From Saprolegnia diclina VS20 (lineage: Eukaryota): 50,255 nt of DNA. The stretch spans positions 946,879 to 997,133 of the forward strand of contig NW_008246075.1 in assembly GCF_000281045.1 (NCBI RefSeq), read 5' to 3'. The position numbers were made by a program, and so were the translations under genes. The notes under the pieces were generated by a model. It did not search any database, had not been told where the DNA came from, and saw only the letters and a program-made list of their open reading frames with translations. Below are positions 1 to 11,939 of the stretch, piece after piece. Every line of letters starts with the position of its first letter. Position 1 is the first letter of the stretch.

Positions 1-1247
1 ACAGCGATGGCCGTTTCGACGATGGCGTCGAGGCTAGCACCCGTGTCGGCCGCGACAGCGATGACAGCGGCTTGCTGGGGCGTGGCACCAGCTTCAATCG
101 CCGCCTGGATGACTTCAAGCACCGGGGCAGGCGTAGCATCGGTCGACGAGTCGGTGCCATAGGACGAGACGACATGCTCAGATGGGTGCCACGTAGACTG
201 GAAAGCCAATGCGACAGATGGAACAAGGTCCGTGTCCACACCGGCAGCAATGACGGCAGAAGTGATCTCGTCATTCGTCGAGGTGTTCGTCACATCGTAA
301 AGAATCGAGCGGATTTGGCTTTCAGTTGCTCCAGCATCCGTTGCCGATTGCACGACGTCTTGGTTGTCCCACCAGAGATGGTCAATGCTGCCCCAGCCAC
401 CGACCATTGGTGCAATCATAGGCTCTTCGAGATCTTCGATCGGCGAGTCATAGACGAAGAGACTGCCGCTCTCCGAACCGGAAGCCGACGCAATTGCAGA
501 AGCCACGGCTGAGGCAATGGAGGACGCTACCGAGGCAGGTGCACCTGCTTCAATAATGGCGGCTTGGACATCGTCGGGCGAGCCGCCAGAGTTGACGACG
601 ACGGCAATTGCCGCGGCCTGGCCAAGACTGGCCCCGTTATCAAGTGCGGCCTGGATAATCTCGGCGATCGGAGCTGGTGCGCCAGCCGCACTGCTCGCAG
701 CACTGGCGACGCTCACGGCATCCGACGGGTTGACACCGGCCGCCAAGGCAACGGCAACAAGGTCGCTGCCCGTGACGCCCGACGACGCAGCATCGGCAAC
801 CGCAGCGGCCTGGGCCGGCGACGCACCAGCATCTTGGGCGGCTTCGATCACGTCTGTGATAGGAGCACTGGTGACGGCATCGGCACCCGAGCCCGCCGCC
901 GAGTTGGCAGCCGATGCGACTGCAGCGGCAATCGACGGGTCAACGCCAGTAGCGATCGCAGTTTCGATGATAGCGCTGAAGCTGGCACCCGTGTCGGCCG
1001 CGACAGCGATGACAGCGGCTTGCTGGGGCGTGGCACCGGCTTCAACCGCCGCCTGGATGACGTCGACGATCGGGGCCGGGCCAGTCGAGGATGACTTGGT
1101 GTCGTCAGTTGAGGGGGTGTACGACGTCGACGCAGCGCCCTCGGAGCCGGTCGATAGGTTGTTATCGGAAGATTCTTGGGCGTTGACTTGAACGGTACGG
1201 GCGGCGACAAAGAGGAGGCCAACGACTGCGACACGAGAAAGCTTCAT
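1..1247 (-). CDS. Secreted Ala/Ser-rich helical-repeat protein (3' end outside window)
   Basis: Manual translation from ATG at 1247: MKLSRVAVVGLLFVAARTVQVNA (signal-peptide-like), then repeats such as APIVDVIQAAVEAGATPQQAAVIAVAADTGAS. The frame stays open to base 1 (~415 codons), so it is missing from the ORF track. An Inr-like GCTCACTTC lies ~55 nt upstream. Confidence 0.8.
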   Translation of the reverse strand, partial: MKLSRVAVVGLLFVAARTVQVNAQESSDNNLSTGSEGAASTSYTPSTDDTKSSSTGPAPIVDVIQAAVEAGATPQQAAVIAVAADTGASFSAIIETAIATGVDPSIAAAVASAANSAAGSGADAVTSAPITDVIEAAQDAGASPAQAAAVADAASSGVTGSDLVAVALAAGVNPSDAVSVASAASSAAGAPAPIAEIIQAALDNGASLGQAAAIAVVVNSGGSPDDVQAAIIEAGAPASVASSIASAVASAIASASGSESGSLFVYDSPIEDLEEPMIAPMVGGWGSIDHLWWDNQDVVQSATDAGATESQIRSILYDVTNTSTNDEITSAVIAAGVDTDLVPSVALAFQSTWHPSEHVVSSYGTDSSTDATPAPVLEVIQAAIEAGATPQQAAVIAVAADTGASLDAIVETAIA

Positions 1248-2689
1248 AGTTGATAAGACGAGGCGGGGGACAGACACCGACGACGGAGAAGGCAGAGATC
1301 GAAGTGAGCTCTGGGGCGCAAAATGCGAGATGGAGTCGTCGGTCGTCGCACCGCACTTTCATGGTCTTCTACAGTCCCATTACTCGAACGCTATATAACG
1401 TATCTCGCGTCGGCAACCTTTGCGCCGCCTTCTTTTCGAACGTTAAGGACGATGGTGGCATATCCAAGCACCATACTTTGCGCAAGCTTGAGCAATCTAG
1501 GACGCGACTGTTTGTGCAAGCCAATCGATAGGGCGTAAAGTTCCACGTTTCTTTTTACAAAGACCAAAGGACGCTTAGCGGGTCTGCTCGGACGGCAGTG
1601 AGGAAGGGCCACCTTTACTCAGCTGTTGTACTTGGTCGACCAAGCGCTTACTCGGATATTGCTTGAGGTGTAAACCCAAGCGTTTTTGACAGTGCTCCGA
1701 GAAGCTCGCGCTTATCGTCGCTCCAGTCTCTTGGATCACTGTCAAGATCGCCTGTGGCTCTGAGCTATAGGCTTGGTGTGGGAGCGATTTGGCGGGGGCT
1801 GCAGTCATTGGCTGGTTTACGAAACCGTCGGATGTGATTGGCTCGCAAAATAACGGTATTCTATTGGCCATAATGTTTTATAATTCTACCAACCACAGAT
1901 CGCTTGAATACTGGCCAATCGGTGGTCCGCGTAGAGCGTAGCCAGTCATTTCTTTGGAAATTCACGCTGATGTTCATTTCGAATTCGCTGTTGTAGGTAG
2001 CAAGTCATAGGTAGCGTCCAAGGGAACCAATGATGGTTGAAAACAAGCGTATGTCTGAGTGATGAGGACAACAGTTTCCTGAGGTTTTCTACTGCTTCGT
2101 GTGATGATCCACTTTTTATATGGTTATTCCGACTCAAGTCATGGGGATACAATAAAAGACTACGATGATCTGATGAATTCCGTACACACCATTGCATATA
2201 CTGCGTCCAAATGCCAATGACGATCTCAACTAAACAACATATACCTCTGAATTCCGTCGTGTGGAAAAAATTTCGGGTACCAGCTGAGGCATCTTTTCCA
2301 TTTTAGTAGTTTACACTCGAATAAAACCCATCAATCAAAACCTTCAAAACACAATCGCAGTCCTTGATCGATACCTCGTCCCACATCCCGCAGCCCGCAG
2401 AACACCTTTACTTGATGCAGGCGGAGGCTGCAGCACGGCGCGCATTTCACTAGAGCCGTCTCGAGCACCGAGCAGCAGGTGGCAAATCGAAACACTAGTT
2501 GAAGCAGAGCATTGATCTTTGATCATTGCATTTCGCGTGATACAAACGACTGCGTTCAGGACGAGCAAGAGGACAAGCTGCACCGCGATGCCGGTGCCCA
2601 TATATGGCGCGCAATTTGGGCAAAGAAACGGCACCGATGCGATCTTGGAGGGACGTGCCAACTGCATTTGACGAGCGCCACATACAATA

Positions 2690-4516
2690 ATGGCCGACGA
2701 CGACCCGTACAACTTTACCATCGACATTCCTGGCGCTTCTCGCGCCAAGTCCAAGTACGACGACGCGTCCAACGAGTCGAGCGACGACGGGAGTGAGGCG
2801 GATGCGTCGGTCTCGCCGCCAAAAGCCAAAGCCAAAGTCAAAGCGAAGGCCAAAGCCGCGCCGGCCAAGGCGGCAAGTCAGTCGAACGCCCTTGATAAGG
2901 CCAAGAATTTTCTCTCCAAGTACTCCAAGCCGATCGAGAAGCCTGCGCGGCGGTACGAGATGCTTCTCTCGTAGATGTATTGCAACGTTTGGTAGGCGCG
3001 TGACCTTGGACGACAGCGACGACGACGATGAGGAGGACGAGGCGTCCGTGGAGCCGCCCAAGAAGGCGCCAGTGTCGCGTTACGACGACGATGTGAGCGA
3101 CAGCTTGGACGCGCCGCCGACGCGCTCCAAGGTCACGCTCGACGACATTAGCATGGACGAGTCCGAGGACGAGCCGGCACGGCAACCGACAATTACGGTT
3201 CCGACAGCGGTGCCCAAGGTGCAGCCAGCTCCGTCGACGCATCCAGTCGTCGAGAGAGCGCGACCAGCCGCCGACAGCGACGACGAGGACCCGCCGTCGT
3301 TCCACGATGCGTCCGAGGACGACCCGCCGCCGACTTATGTTCCAGCGGCCAAACCCACTCTGACTCTACCCAAGCAAGAGGAGGGAAGCGACGTCTATGA
3401 CGACGACGACGTGGTCGACGAGGCGTCAATGGTCGAGGAAGAGGACGACGATGCAACCACCACGACCACTGTAGTGCCACCCAAAGCCAGCGAGCCACCA
3501 ACGTTCGACTACTCGATGGAGTTTTCCCAAGACGACTACGACGATGGCCCTAAGGCTGCGACGACGACTATCGCGACGCCGAGCGCGGTGCAGCCCATGG
3601 TCACTGACACGAGCGACGATGACAACTACGGAGATGAGTCCTTCGCAATCAGCGAGCCCGTCGTCGAGCGCGTCACCAAGGAGCCGAGCGAAGACTATGG
3701 CGACGAGTCGTTTGCCGCGAGCGAGCCCGCCGCGCCGGCACAGGACGAGGCACCTGCGTACGACGACGAGTCGTTTCAAGAGGCGTCCGTCGATCTTGTC
3801 GTCGCACCATCACCTGCAGTCATGGCGCCGATTCCGGTGCCTGCCGTGATCGCGCCAGCACCGACGCTTCCAACTCCTCGTCCATTGGTGGAGCCCACGG
3901 TGACACTACCTGTGGCAACGACCTCGACCTCGCTGCCTGTGGCGCCAGCAGTCGAGGCCAGCCGCCCGCGTATCACAATCGTGCGCGAGTATGAGCTTCC
4001 GGAGCGGCCAAAGGCAGAGATGAAGGATGCGAGTACGCAATATACGGGCAACCACGTCCAGATCCAGGCCGACTTGGGCTCGCAGAGCGCTCCAACGCCG
4101 CCGCTGGAGCCGCCGCTGGAGCCACCGCAGTCAGCACCGACATGGCAGCCACCGCGTGAAGCGTCGCAGGCATCGTCGCAGTTTGCTCAGGCGCCGGTAC
4201 CACCGCTCTTGAACGTCTCGCTCACCGGGTCGTCAGTTTATCGCCATCAGCTGGCGCAGATCCAGCTGCAGATTCGCCGCAAGCGGCTTGAGACTGACCG
4301 CTTGCTGCGCGAGTCGTCGGCCTTTCGGTACACGTCGCACGACGAGACGGACAAGGTAGTCCTTCATCTGGTGCAGGCTTGTCATGGTTATCGGTGTAGT
4401 TTGTGAGCTTGAACCGCCCGCGTAAGCTCGCGCTCTGGGAGGCGCTCATGCAAGTGGACCCGAGTATGAGCCAAGAGCAAGCCATGAAGATCGAAGCACT
4501 CTCCAAGTCGGCGTAG
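2690..4516 (+). CDS. Acidic/Pro-rich protein with C-terminal DUF4614 (C19orf44-like) region
   Basis: Exons 2690-2952, 2996-4355 and 4400-4516 join in frame via GT-AG introns of 43 and 44 nt. The C-terminus FRYTSHDETDKFVSLNRPRKLALWEALMQVD resembles the C19orf44 tail (from memory). Several YGDESF-type acidic repeats are present. Confidence 0.6.
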
Positions 4517-4534
4517 CACATCTCACATTGATAG

Positions 4535-4912
4535 CTAGTTAAAGTCGCAGGCGTCGTAGACACCCGGCACCATCGTGTTGACCTTTTCCGCAATCGCCAT
4601 GACGATACCGCTGCGATACGATGAGACGCCCTTGGACTTGAGCCAGTGCCAGAAAGCGTCGCAGTGCGTCGGGCAGTCGATTGGCTCGTCGGTCTCGTCG
4701 TCGTTGCGCTTGAGCTGGAGGAACTTGCCAATGAGCTGGAACGTGTTGGTCACTTGGTCGGCCACGTCGTCGCCGCCCGCGAGCTTCTTGGCGGCCGCGG
4801 GGCCAATGCCCGGAACCTCTGTGAGGACGCCCGTCAAGGGCGCGCGGAGGAAGTCGGCGAGCGTGTCCTCGGCGATGCGCGACTTCTCGGGGTTGTAGCC
4901 GTCGTCTGCCAT
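4535..4912 (-). CDS. Barrier-to-autointegration factor (BAF)-like HhH protein, 125 aa
   Basis: Intronless ORF. DFLRAPL..LTEVPGIGPAAAKKL..FQLIGKFLQLK..FWHWLK parallels BAF DFVAEPM..VGSLAGIGEVLGKKL..YVVLGQFLVLK..FREWLK. Confidence 0.7.
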   Translation of the reverse strand: MADDGYNPEKSRIAEDTLADFLRAPLTGVLTEVPGIGPAAAKKLAGGDDVADQVTNTFQLIGKFLQLKRNDDETDEPIDCPTHCDAFWHWLKSKGVSSYRSGIVMAIAEKVNTMVPGVYDACDFN

Positions 4913-5733
4913 CTCCAAGCGAAATTTAGAAATCCCAATCTATTTTTTATCTCCAAAACATACCAGCATACTCAATGCAAGCTATCGGACAGTATTTAAA
5001 TAAGCTTGCCCAGCCACATACAACAACCAAGACACGAGGGCTTCCGCAAGGCCATTGGCGCCCGCCGAGATCTTGGCTCCTCGTCGCAACGGCGAGAACG
5101 TTGGAAGCAGCACGAGCGAGAGCCGCGCCGTGGACGTACGACGGGTGGAGGCGGCAGGCGGCGAAGCCCGTAGCGCTAGCTGGTGGCAGCTACCGGCGCG
5201 AAGACGCGGAGCCATGCAGGCACCCCGAGAGAATGGGCGGCGGCAGTTTGGGCGGGCAGACAGCCCACGCAATTCGTTGACAGGGCGCGCACTGCACCTG
5301 CCCATCAGAATTGCAGCAAAGCAGTAAAGCAGTTGGAGCATTGGCGCTGGCTACTGTGGCCCACCGAGTAGCCGGCGCCAATGCTCCAACTGCTTTGCAC
5401 GCTACGAAGAACGAGCAGATTCCGTCGCGCAAGTCGGTTGGATGCGTGGCAGCTGCGGCGCCAGGATCGTCGCTTTGAGCTGCTACGATCGCGCGGCAAT
5501 GCAGCTAGGAATGGTGCATCGCCATGCAATGCCATAGCTCGAAGCATCGTACTGTCTGGGTGTGATAGCGGGTGCGCGGTCCGAGCTTGAAGTTCAAGGC
5601 GGGGGCCACGTTATACCCACGTGAGCACGTCCTAATTAGGCGTCGCGATCGTGTCTCTTCGATACAGGCGGGATTCGGATGTTGCCGTTGGGCAGCGACG
5701 TCCTTGGCACGTGAATGGCATTTGCACTTTAGC

Positions 5734-8026
5734 ATGGTCTACCCCCCGCAGCACGCTGACGTCGAAGCGCGCGTCCGCGACCTCGTCGCCTCCATGGTAC
5801 CGACGCTGTCTCGTCGTCTGTCATCTTCATGATGCGTCGTAGGACCTCGATGCCCTCGTGGGCCAAATGACGCAGCTCGACATTTCGATGCTGCTCAACG
5901 ACGACGACAAGACGATCAACGTCGAGAAGGTCCGCCACTTTGCGAAGCTCAAGATTGGCTCGTACCTCAACAGCCCGTTCAACGGCGGCCCGGCGGCCGA
6001 CGGCAAGCTCGGCTACTCGACCGACGAGTGGCGCCACATCCTCGAGACGATCCAGTCGATCCACATGGAAGAGAACGACGGGCACCCGATTGTGTACGGC
6101 ATCGACTCGGTGCACGGCGCGATTTACGTGCGCGACGCGGTCGTCTTTGGCCAGCAGATCAACGGCGCGGCGACGTTCAACCCGGCGCTCGTGCGCGAGA
6201 TGGGCCGCATCACGGGCTACGACACGGAGGCCGCGGGCATCCCGTGGATCTTTGCGCCGATCCTGGACGTCTCCAAGAACCCGCTGTGGCCGCGCACGTT
6301 TGAGACGTTTGGCGAGGACCCGCTTTTGGTCGGCGTCATGGGCGCCGCGATCGTCGAAGGCATGCAGAGCAACCCGCAGACGGCCGCGTGCCTCAAGCAC
6401 TTTATCGGGTACTCGAAGAGCAGCCTTGGCCACGACAAGGACCCGGTCACGATCTCGGATTACGAGCTTTTGAACCACTTTGCACTGCCATTTCGCATGG
6501 CGATCGAAGCCGGCGCCAAGACCATTATGGAAAACTACGTGTCGGTCAACGACGTGCCGACCATGATCAACACGAAGCTCATGAACGACCTGCTGCGCCA
6601 TGACATGCAGTACGAAGGCATGGTGGTGACGGACTGGGACGAGATCAACAACCTCCACACGGCCCACCGCGTCGCCAAGTCCAAGGCCGACGCGGTCCGC
6701 CTCGCGCTCACGCGCACCTCGATCGACATGAGCATGGTGCCATTCGAAACGACGTTTATCGAGCACGCTAAAGCGCTTGTCGCTGCGCAGCCCGAGCTCG
6801 AGGCCCGCCTGCGCGAGTCGGTTGCCCGCATTGTGCGCCTCAAGGTGGACCTCGGCTTGTACGAGACGCCGGTGCCCGGCGCCGGCAACATGGTCGGCCG
6901 CGACGATGGCAAGGCGGCGGCGCTGGCGATGGCGCACGAGTCGATTGTGCTCTTGGAAAACAAGGAAAATGTGCTGCCGCTGCCCAAGGACGCCAGCGTC
7001 TTTGTCACGGGCCATGCGGCCGACAATGTCGGGTACCTCTGCGGCGGCTGGACGGTGCAGTGGCAGGGCGTCTCTGGCAACCACCAGTTTGCCCACGGCG
7101 TCTCGCTCAAGGACGGCGTGTCGCGCCTCTCGCCCACCGCCACGTATTTCAACGGTCTGGCTGCGGACGGTAGCATCTCGGATATGGACACGGTCTTGGC
7201 GCATGCGTCGGCGGCCGCGTACACGATTGTGACGGTCGGCGAAGGCTCGTACTGCGAAAAGCCGGGCGACATTGCGAGCCTCGACTTGCCTCTCGGTCAG
7301 CGGGAGTATGTGCGCCAGATTGCTGCGACCGGCACCAAGGTCATCCTCGTGCTTATTCAGGGCCGCCCGCGCCTCCTCCACGGCCTCGTCGACGATGTGC
7401 ATGCGGTCGTGCATGCGATGCTGCCGGGCGAGGTCGGTGGCCAAGCTATTGCCGACATTGTGTTTGGCGACGTCAACCCAAGCGGCCGCCTCCCGATCAC
7501 ATACCCAAAGGACCATGCCAACATCCTCGCGCAGTACAACCGCCGCACGATGGTGCGGATCACGGACCAGGACATTGGCGTCGAGTGGCCGTTTGGCTCT
7601 GGTCGCAGCTACACGAGCTTTGCGTACAGCGACTTCAGCGTGAGCAAGACGGTGCTCGAGAGCGTCGACGACACGGTCGACGTGCGCGTGACGGTGACCA
7701 ACACGGGCCCCATGGCGGGCAAGGACGTGGTCATGCTCTTTGTGACGCAGCCGTTCCGGACGATGGCTGTGCCCGAAGTCAAGCAGCTCAAGAAATTTGA
7801 AAAGATTGCGCTCGAGGTTGGCGAGAGCCGCGTCGTGACGATGACGCTTGGCTTTTGCGACGTTAGCGTCTTTGCGCCGCAGATTGGCGCCGGCTTCAAG
7901 CGCGTGGCCGAGGCCGGCGACTTTGTCGTGATGCTGCAGCCCGAGACGCACGTCGACGTGTATAGCGACAGCTGGACGCACCCGCTCGCGGCTTCGTTTT
8001 CGGTCGCGTGCGACCTCGAGCAGTAA
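5734..8026 (+). CDS. Glycoside hydrolase family 3 beta-glucosidase (BglX-like) with C-terminal Fn3-like domain
   Basis: ATG 5734, intron 5797-5842. Motifs GQMTQ, GIDSVHG, RTFETFGEDP, KHFIGY, VVTDW (nucleophile Asp), ESIVLLEN, NPSGRLPITYP, WPFGSGRSYT, KQLKKFEKI. Confidence 0.93.
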
Positions 8027-9127
8027 GCCTCTTCGTTGAATGTATGACCCCGTTGCATGTTGCTTGGTGGCAAGCGTTGATATGGTCGTCGTCGTCGTTG
8101 GCGTCAGCACACCCAGTAGCACCAAGATTCGCGCGGGATGGGCGATCGACACGCGTGGCGCGGTGGCGTCGGCGTCGGCGGCGGAAGAGCATTGGGCGTT
8201 GAGGCTTGTGCTCGTCGTCGTCGCGATGGTCGACGCCTTGTTGTTGTCGGCAGCATCGGCGGCGAGATGCGGCGCAAATCCCGCAATCCATGCGGCCGGC
8301 GATATCAAGTGGCCAGAGAATCGGCCGTGGAACCCTCCGTGGGACATGACGTGGCAGCGCGCCGCAGCTACTTATTGAGGTCTCAAGTGCTTGGGGAGCT
8401 CTTCAAGGTCGTTTGGCGGAGGGGGCCCGGTCCTACTTAGTCCAACGGTGCACCTAGGACAGGTCGAGATTCTGAAGCCGTGCGCAAAACGCACCCAAGA
8501 CGCGCGTCGACGGCGGCGTCTTTTCGAAGCTCCTTGGGCCTTCTGGAAAGATCGCGCGCCGGCTTTTATGCACTGGATTCCGCAAGCCTGTGCGACCTGG
8601 TGCTCTAACGTACCGCGTGGGCTTCAACGCGTCGAGTGCTTGCATCTCGTCGGCGTACGCTCGCATGTGCTGGCGGGGATGTGAGAGTGGCGCGAGCGCA
8701 GCTTCAAGCTTTGCATCAGCGCCGATTGCCACGTATTTGGTTTGAGATCGATCATTAAATTGCATCGTCTTGACGTTTGTATGCAACCGTTAAAAAATTC
8801 GTGTGGCGCCGCTGTCCCATGAGATTCGTTCCGTGCCCCGGGTCCCCCCACGCCGCGGATGCATGTGGAACCTTTGGCCGCGACATAGAAACACCCAATA
8901 CAACAGGCGCCAAGAGCGTTTGGTAATCGCGCCGTGTCCCAGGACCCCGGGGCGGGGGCCCCACGGTATCCTGGGCAGCCACGGACCGGCGCATCCTGAT
9001 TGGCTGCGCGATTGCGAAGCGAAGGTTTGGGACCGGTGGCGACAGAATTCATTTGTCTGCGGAGCTGCCACCTGCCGCCGCTTCGATCCCAATCGCCCGC
9101 GCTTCTTCGTCGTCCATTGCCAGCAAC

Positions 9128-10384
9128 ATGGGTCTCTCGAAGGACCAAGAGGTCGACTGCGTCAACAAGTTTGGCTCGGTGCGCATGTTCTCGTACTGCA
9201 GCGACGCGGCGCTCAAGAAGCTCTGCGCGCAAGCCGCGCCGGTCTCGTACGCCAAGGGCCACGTGCTCTCGCGGCAGGGCGTGCCCATGGAGAGCCTCGT
9301 CGTCGTCTCGAGCGGTGTCATCCAGGAGACCAAGGAGATCTCGGGCCAAATGCACTCGTGGGGCGACATTACGCCGGGCAACGCGCTTGGTAGCAACCAC
9401 GTCTTGCGCCGCGATGCGTCGGCCGCGACCGCCAAGTGCGCGACGCCTGTGTTTGGCTACAAGATGGACGCGGACGTGCTCACAAAGGCGCTCATGGACC
9501 CCGAGATTGCACCCGATGTCATGTACTCGCTCCACCGCGAGATTCGCCGCCACATGAACCTTCTCCAGACGCCGCTTCTCGAACAGCACGCCAAGCCGAC
9601 GCCGATCTTTGCAACGTCAGTCGCCGCTGCCGTCGAAAGCTTCTACCGCAGTGCGCTCAACTCGTACTTGAACGCCAAGCTCACGGGCCAGGCGCCGGCG
9701 ACGCTCTTCCCCAACATGGGCGTGCAGATCCCGACGCGCGTGGCCTACATCAACGGCTTCAAGGGCCTGCGCCACTTTTTTGAAAACAACATTGACGCCG
9801 ACGACTACGAAAACCCAGAGGCTGTGCGACTCGTCGAGGCCATCCTCCCGGGTATCCTCATGACGCCCGTGAGCAGCATGCTCGAGGCCTGTAACGCCGG
9901 CCACATGAACCCGGAGCCGTTGCACACGCGCTGGATCCGCGGTCTTGCGCCCCGCGCGGTGCGGGAGATCATCTTTGGCGTCGGTTTGAACCAGCTCTCC
10001 GACTACTTTGAGGAGCGCATTCCGATCGACGACGAGAGCCCCGTGCTCCGCAACGCGCTCGGCAGTCTCTGCGCCGGTGTCGTGTCGGGCTACTTTTCGC
10101 ACGTGCCGCACAACCTCTCGACGCTCAAGCTCATGAACCCGCAAAAGTCGTACATGCACCACATGAAGGACCTCGTCGACCACGCCGAGAGCCGCGTCCC
10201 GAGCAACATCAAGTCGCCGGTCGCGCGCCGCGTGAGCGCGTCGATGCTGGCGTTCTTCTTCCCCAAGGGGCTCGCCATCCGCACGTCGCAGATTGTCGGC
10301 TCGTTCATGATCCTCAACGGGACCATCAACTCGCTCAAGGACTTTGACGTGCTCAACATCCCGTCGTCGCTCGCAGCAAGATGA
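9128..10384 (+). CDS. Cyclic-nucleotide-binding-like domain fused to a divergent mitochondrial carrier (SLC25) domain
   Basis: Intronless. The N-terminal MFSYCSDAALKKL..YAKGHVLSRQG..LVVVSSG has the cNMP/CAP pattern. The C-terminal ILMTPVSS, WIRGLAPRAVRE, AGVVSGYFSHVP and FPKGLAIR segments resemble carrier helices. Confidence 0.7.
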   Translation: MGLSKDQEVDCVNKFGSVRMFSYCSDAALKKLCAQAAPVSYAKGHVLSRQGVPMESLVVVSSGVIQETKEISGQMHSWGDITPGNALGSNHVLRRDASAATAKCATPVFGYKMDADVLTKALMDPEIAPDVMYSLHREIRRHMNLLQTPLLEQHAKPTPIFATSVAAAVESFYRSALNSYLNAKLTGQAPATLFPNMGVQIPTRVAYINGFKGLRHFFENNIDADDYENPEAVRLVEAILPGILMTPVSSMLEACNAGHMNPEPLHTRWIRGLAPRAVREIIFGVGLNQLSDYFEERIPIDDESPVLRNALGSLCAGVVSGYFSHVPHNLSTLKLMNPQKSYMHHMKDLVDHAESRVPSNIKSPVARRVSASMLAFFFPKGLAIRTSQIVGSFMILNGTINSLKDFDVLNIPSSLAAR

Positions 10385-10600
10385 ATGGCTCGTCGGCTCT
10401 ATTACTCGTCCTACTTTAACTTTAATCCAGCACCTGTCGTTTGCGCAGTCACGCGTGTAGCGATCTTGCAGCAAGGGTTTGTCCCATGGATGTCCGCGGA
10501 TCCAGTGGGGCATCGCGTTTCCCACCAAAAATGTACGCCTTCATATTCAAGGCCAGTCGGTATACAATCAATACATTTGAAATGCTTTAGATTTCGCCTC

Positions 10601-10672
10601 GCCTTTGTGGCTCAGTGGTAGAGCATCTGTCTTGTAAACAGAAGGTCCCCGGTTCAATCCCGGGCGGAGGCA
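10601..10672 (+). tRNA. tRNA-Thr (anticodon TGT)
   Basis: Acceptor stem GCCTTTG/CGGAGGC, D-arm GCTCAGTGGTAGAGC, anticodon arm TCTGT-CTTGTAA-ACAGA, T-arm CCCGG-TTCAATC-CCGGG. An oligo-T Pol III terminator lies at ~10688-10696. Confidence 0.96.
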
Positions 10673-11200
10673 TCTTCTAGCGAGGAATATTTTTTTCACT
10701 TCGCTCAATGCAGCATGAGCGAGTGGCTGCCAGAGGCTTCTACTCGGAGCGACTGTGCGTCACTCTGCCATGCCAACCATCGGCCAGTCTATGTGGTCCC
10801 TATTGTCCGGGAACAACGACATGGCTACGTTTCGACGTCCTCGAGCTTGGGCCCTCAGTAGTGTCGAGTCGGCGATCCTAGCTAATACCCACTGTGTGTC
10901 TTGTCTTGACGTCGCCTCGAACACGCAATACTTGGTGATGCGCATCGTGCATGGCGAGGACGACTCGCACGGGCTCTTTCGACAAGCCATACTGGTTCTC
11001 GAGGTGTGGTCAGACCAAGGGAATTCCCTTGGGTTGAGCCCACGTTTTGGATGCGGCAGCGGAAGAAAGAACGTCCCATCGGTGTGTCTGCCTTGCATTG
11101 TGTGACCGTAGCAGGACGTACAATCCTCAGTGCGGCTTCGTTCTGGGTCAAATCTTCAGTAGCAAACACGGCTCGGTAGGCGCTCGCGAGGCCAAGAAAT

Positions 11201-11605
11201 NNNNNNNNNNNNNNNNNNNNNNNNNNNNNNNNNNNNNNNNNNNNNNNNNNNNNNNNNNNNNNNNNNNNNNNNNNNNNNNNNNNNNNNNNNNNNNNNNNNN
11301 NNNNNNNNNNNNNNNNNNNNNNNNNNNNNNNNNNNNNNNNNNNNNNNNNNNNNNNNNNNNNNNNNNNNNNNNNNNNNNNNNNNNNNNNNNNNNNNNNNNN
11401 NNNNNNNNNNNNNNNNNNNNNNNNNNNNNNNNNNNNNNNNNNNNNNNNNNNNNNNNNNNNNNNNNNNNNNNNNNNNNNNNNNNNNNNNNNNNNNNNNNNN
11501 NNNNNNNNNNNNNNNNNNNNNNNNNNNNNNNNNNNNNNNNNNNNNNNNNNNNNNNNNNNNNNNNNNNNNNNNNNNNNNNNNNNNNNNNNNNNNNNNNNNN
11601 NNNNN
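11201..11605. other. Assembly gap (N run)
   Basis: Run of N bases. Confidence 0.99.
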
Positions 11606-11939
11606 CCGGAACCCCACCCTTCCGGGCCTTCCGGGGTGCGATATCCCACACCTCGTATCCAGCAAGCCTCCCACTGCCGTTCCACCACCCTCGGTTGCGC
11701 CACCACCACAACTATGTGAGCGTACATGTTGTCGCAACTTCGATGGCCTTCACAACGAAGATCTACGATCTGGGTGTCGGGGGAGTGATGGTCGTAGTGG
11801 GATTTACCTTTTTTCCCTTTCGAAAAACCCAGGTTCGAATTTGGGACAAATGGGCAGAATCCAGTTGTGCTTCTATCGAGGGTTTTGATCGCGAAACTTC
11901 CGCACCGAGAAAAAAGGCCTTTCGGGCGCATCTTGGAGG

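Noticed and set aside
517..1191. 224-aa Ala-rich plus-strand ORF
   Set aside because: Antisense reading of the secreted repeat gene, which has the signal peptide and Inr on the minus strand.
5729..8347. 872-aa minus-strand ORF
   Set aside because: Antisense shadow of the GH3 gene.
10700..11930. Possible mobile element next to the tRNA and gap, with short inverted repeats at ~11606-11640
   Set aside because: No transposase, RT or integrase motif, TIR pair or target-site duplication is visible. ORFs spanning the Ns are artefacts.
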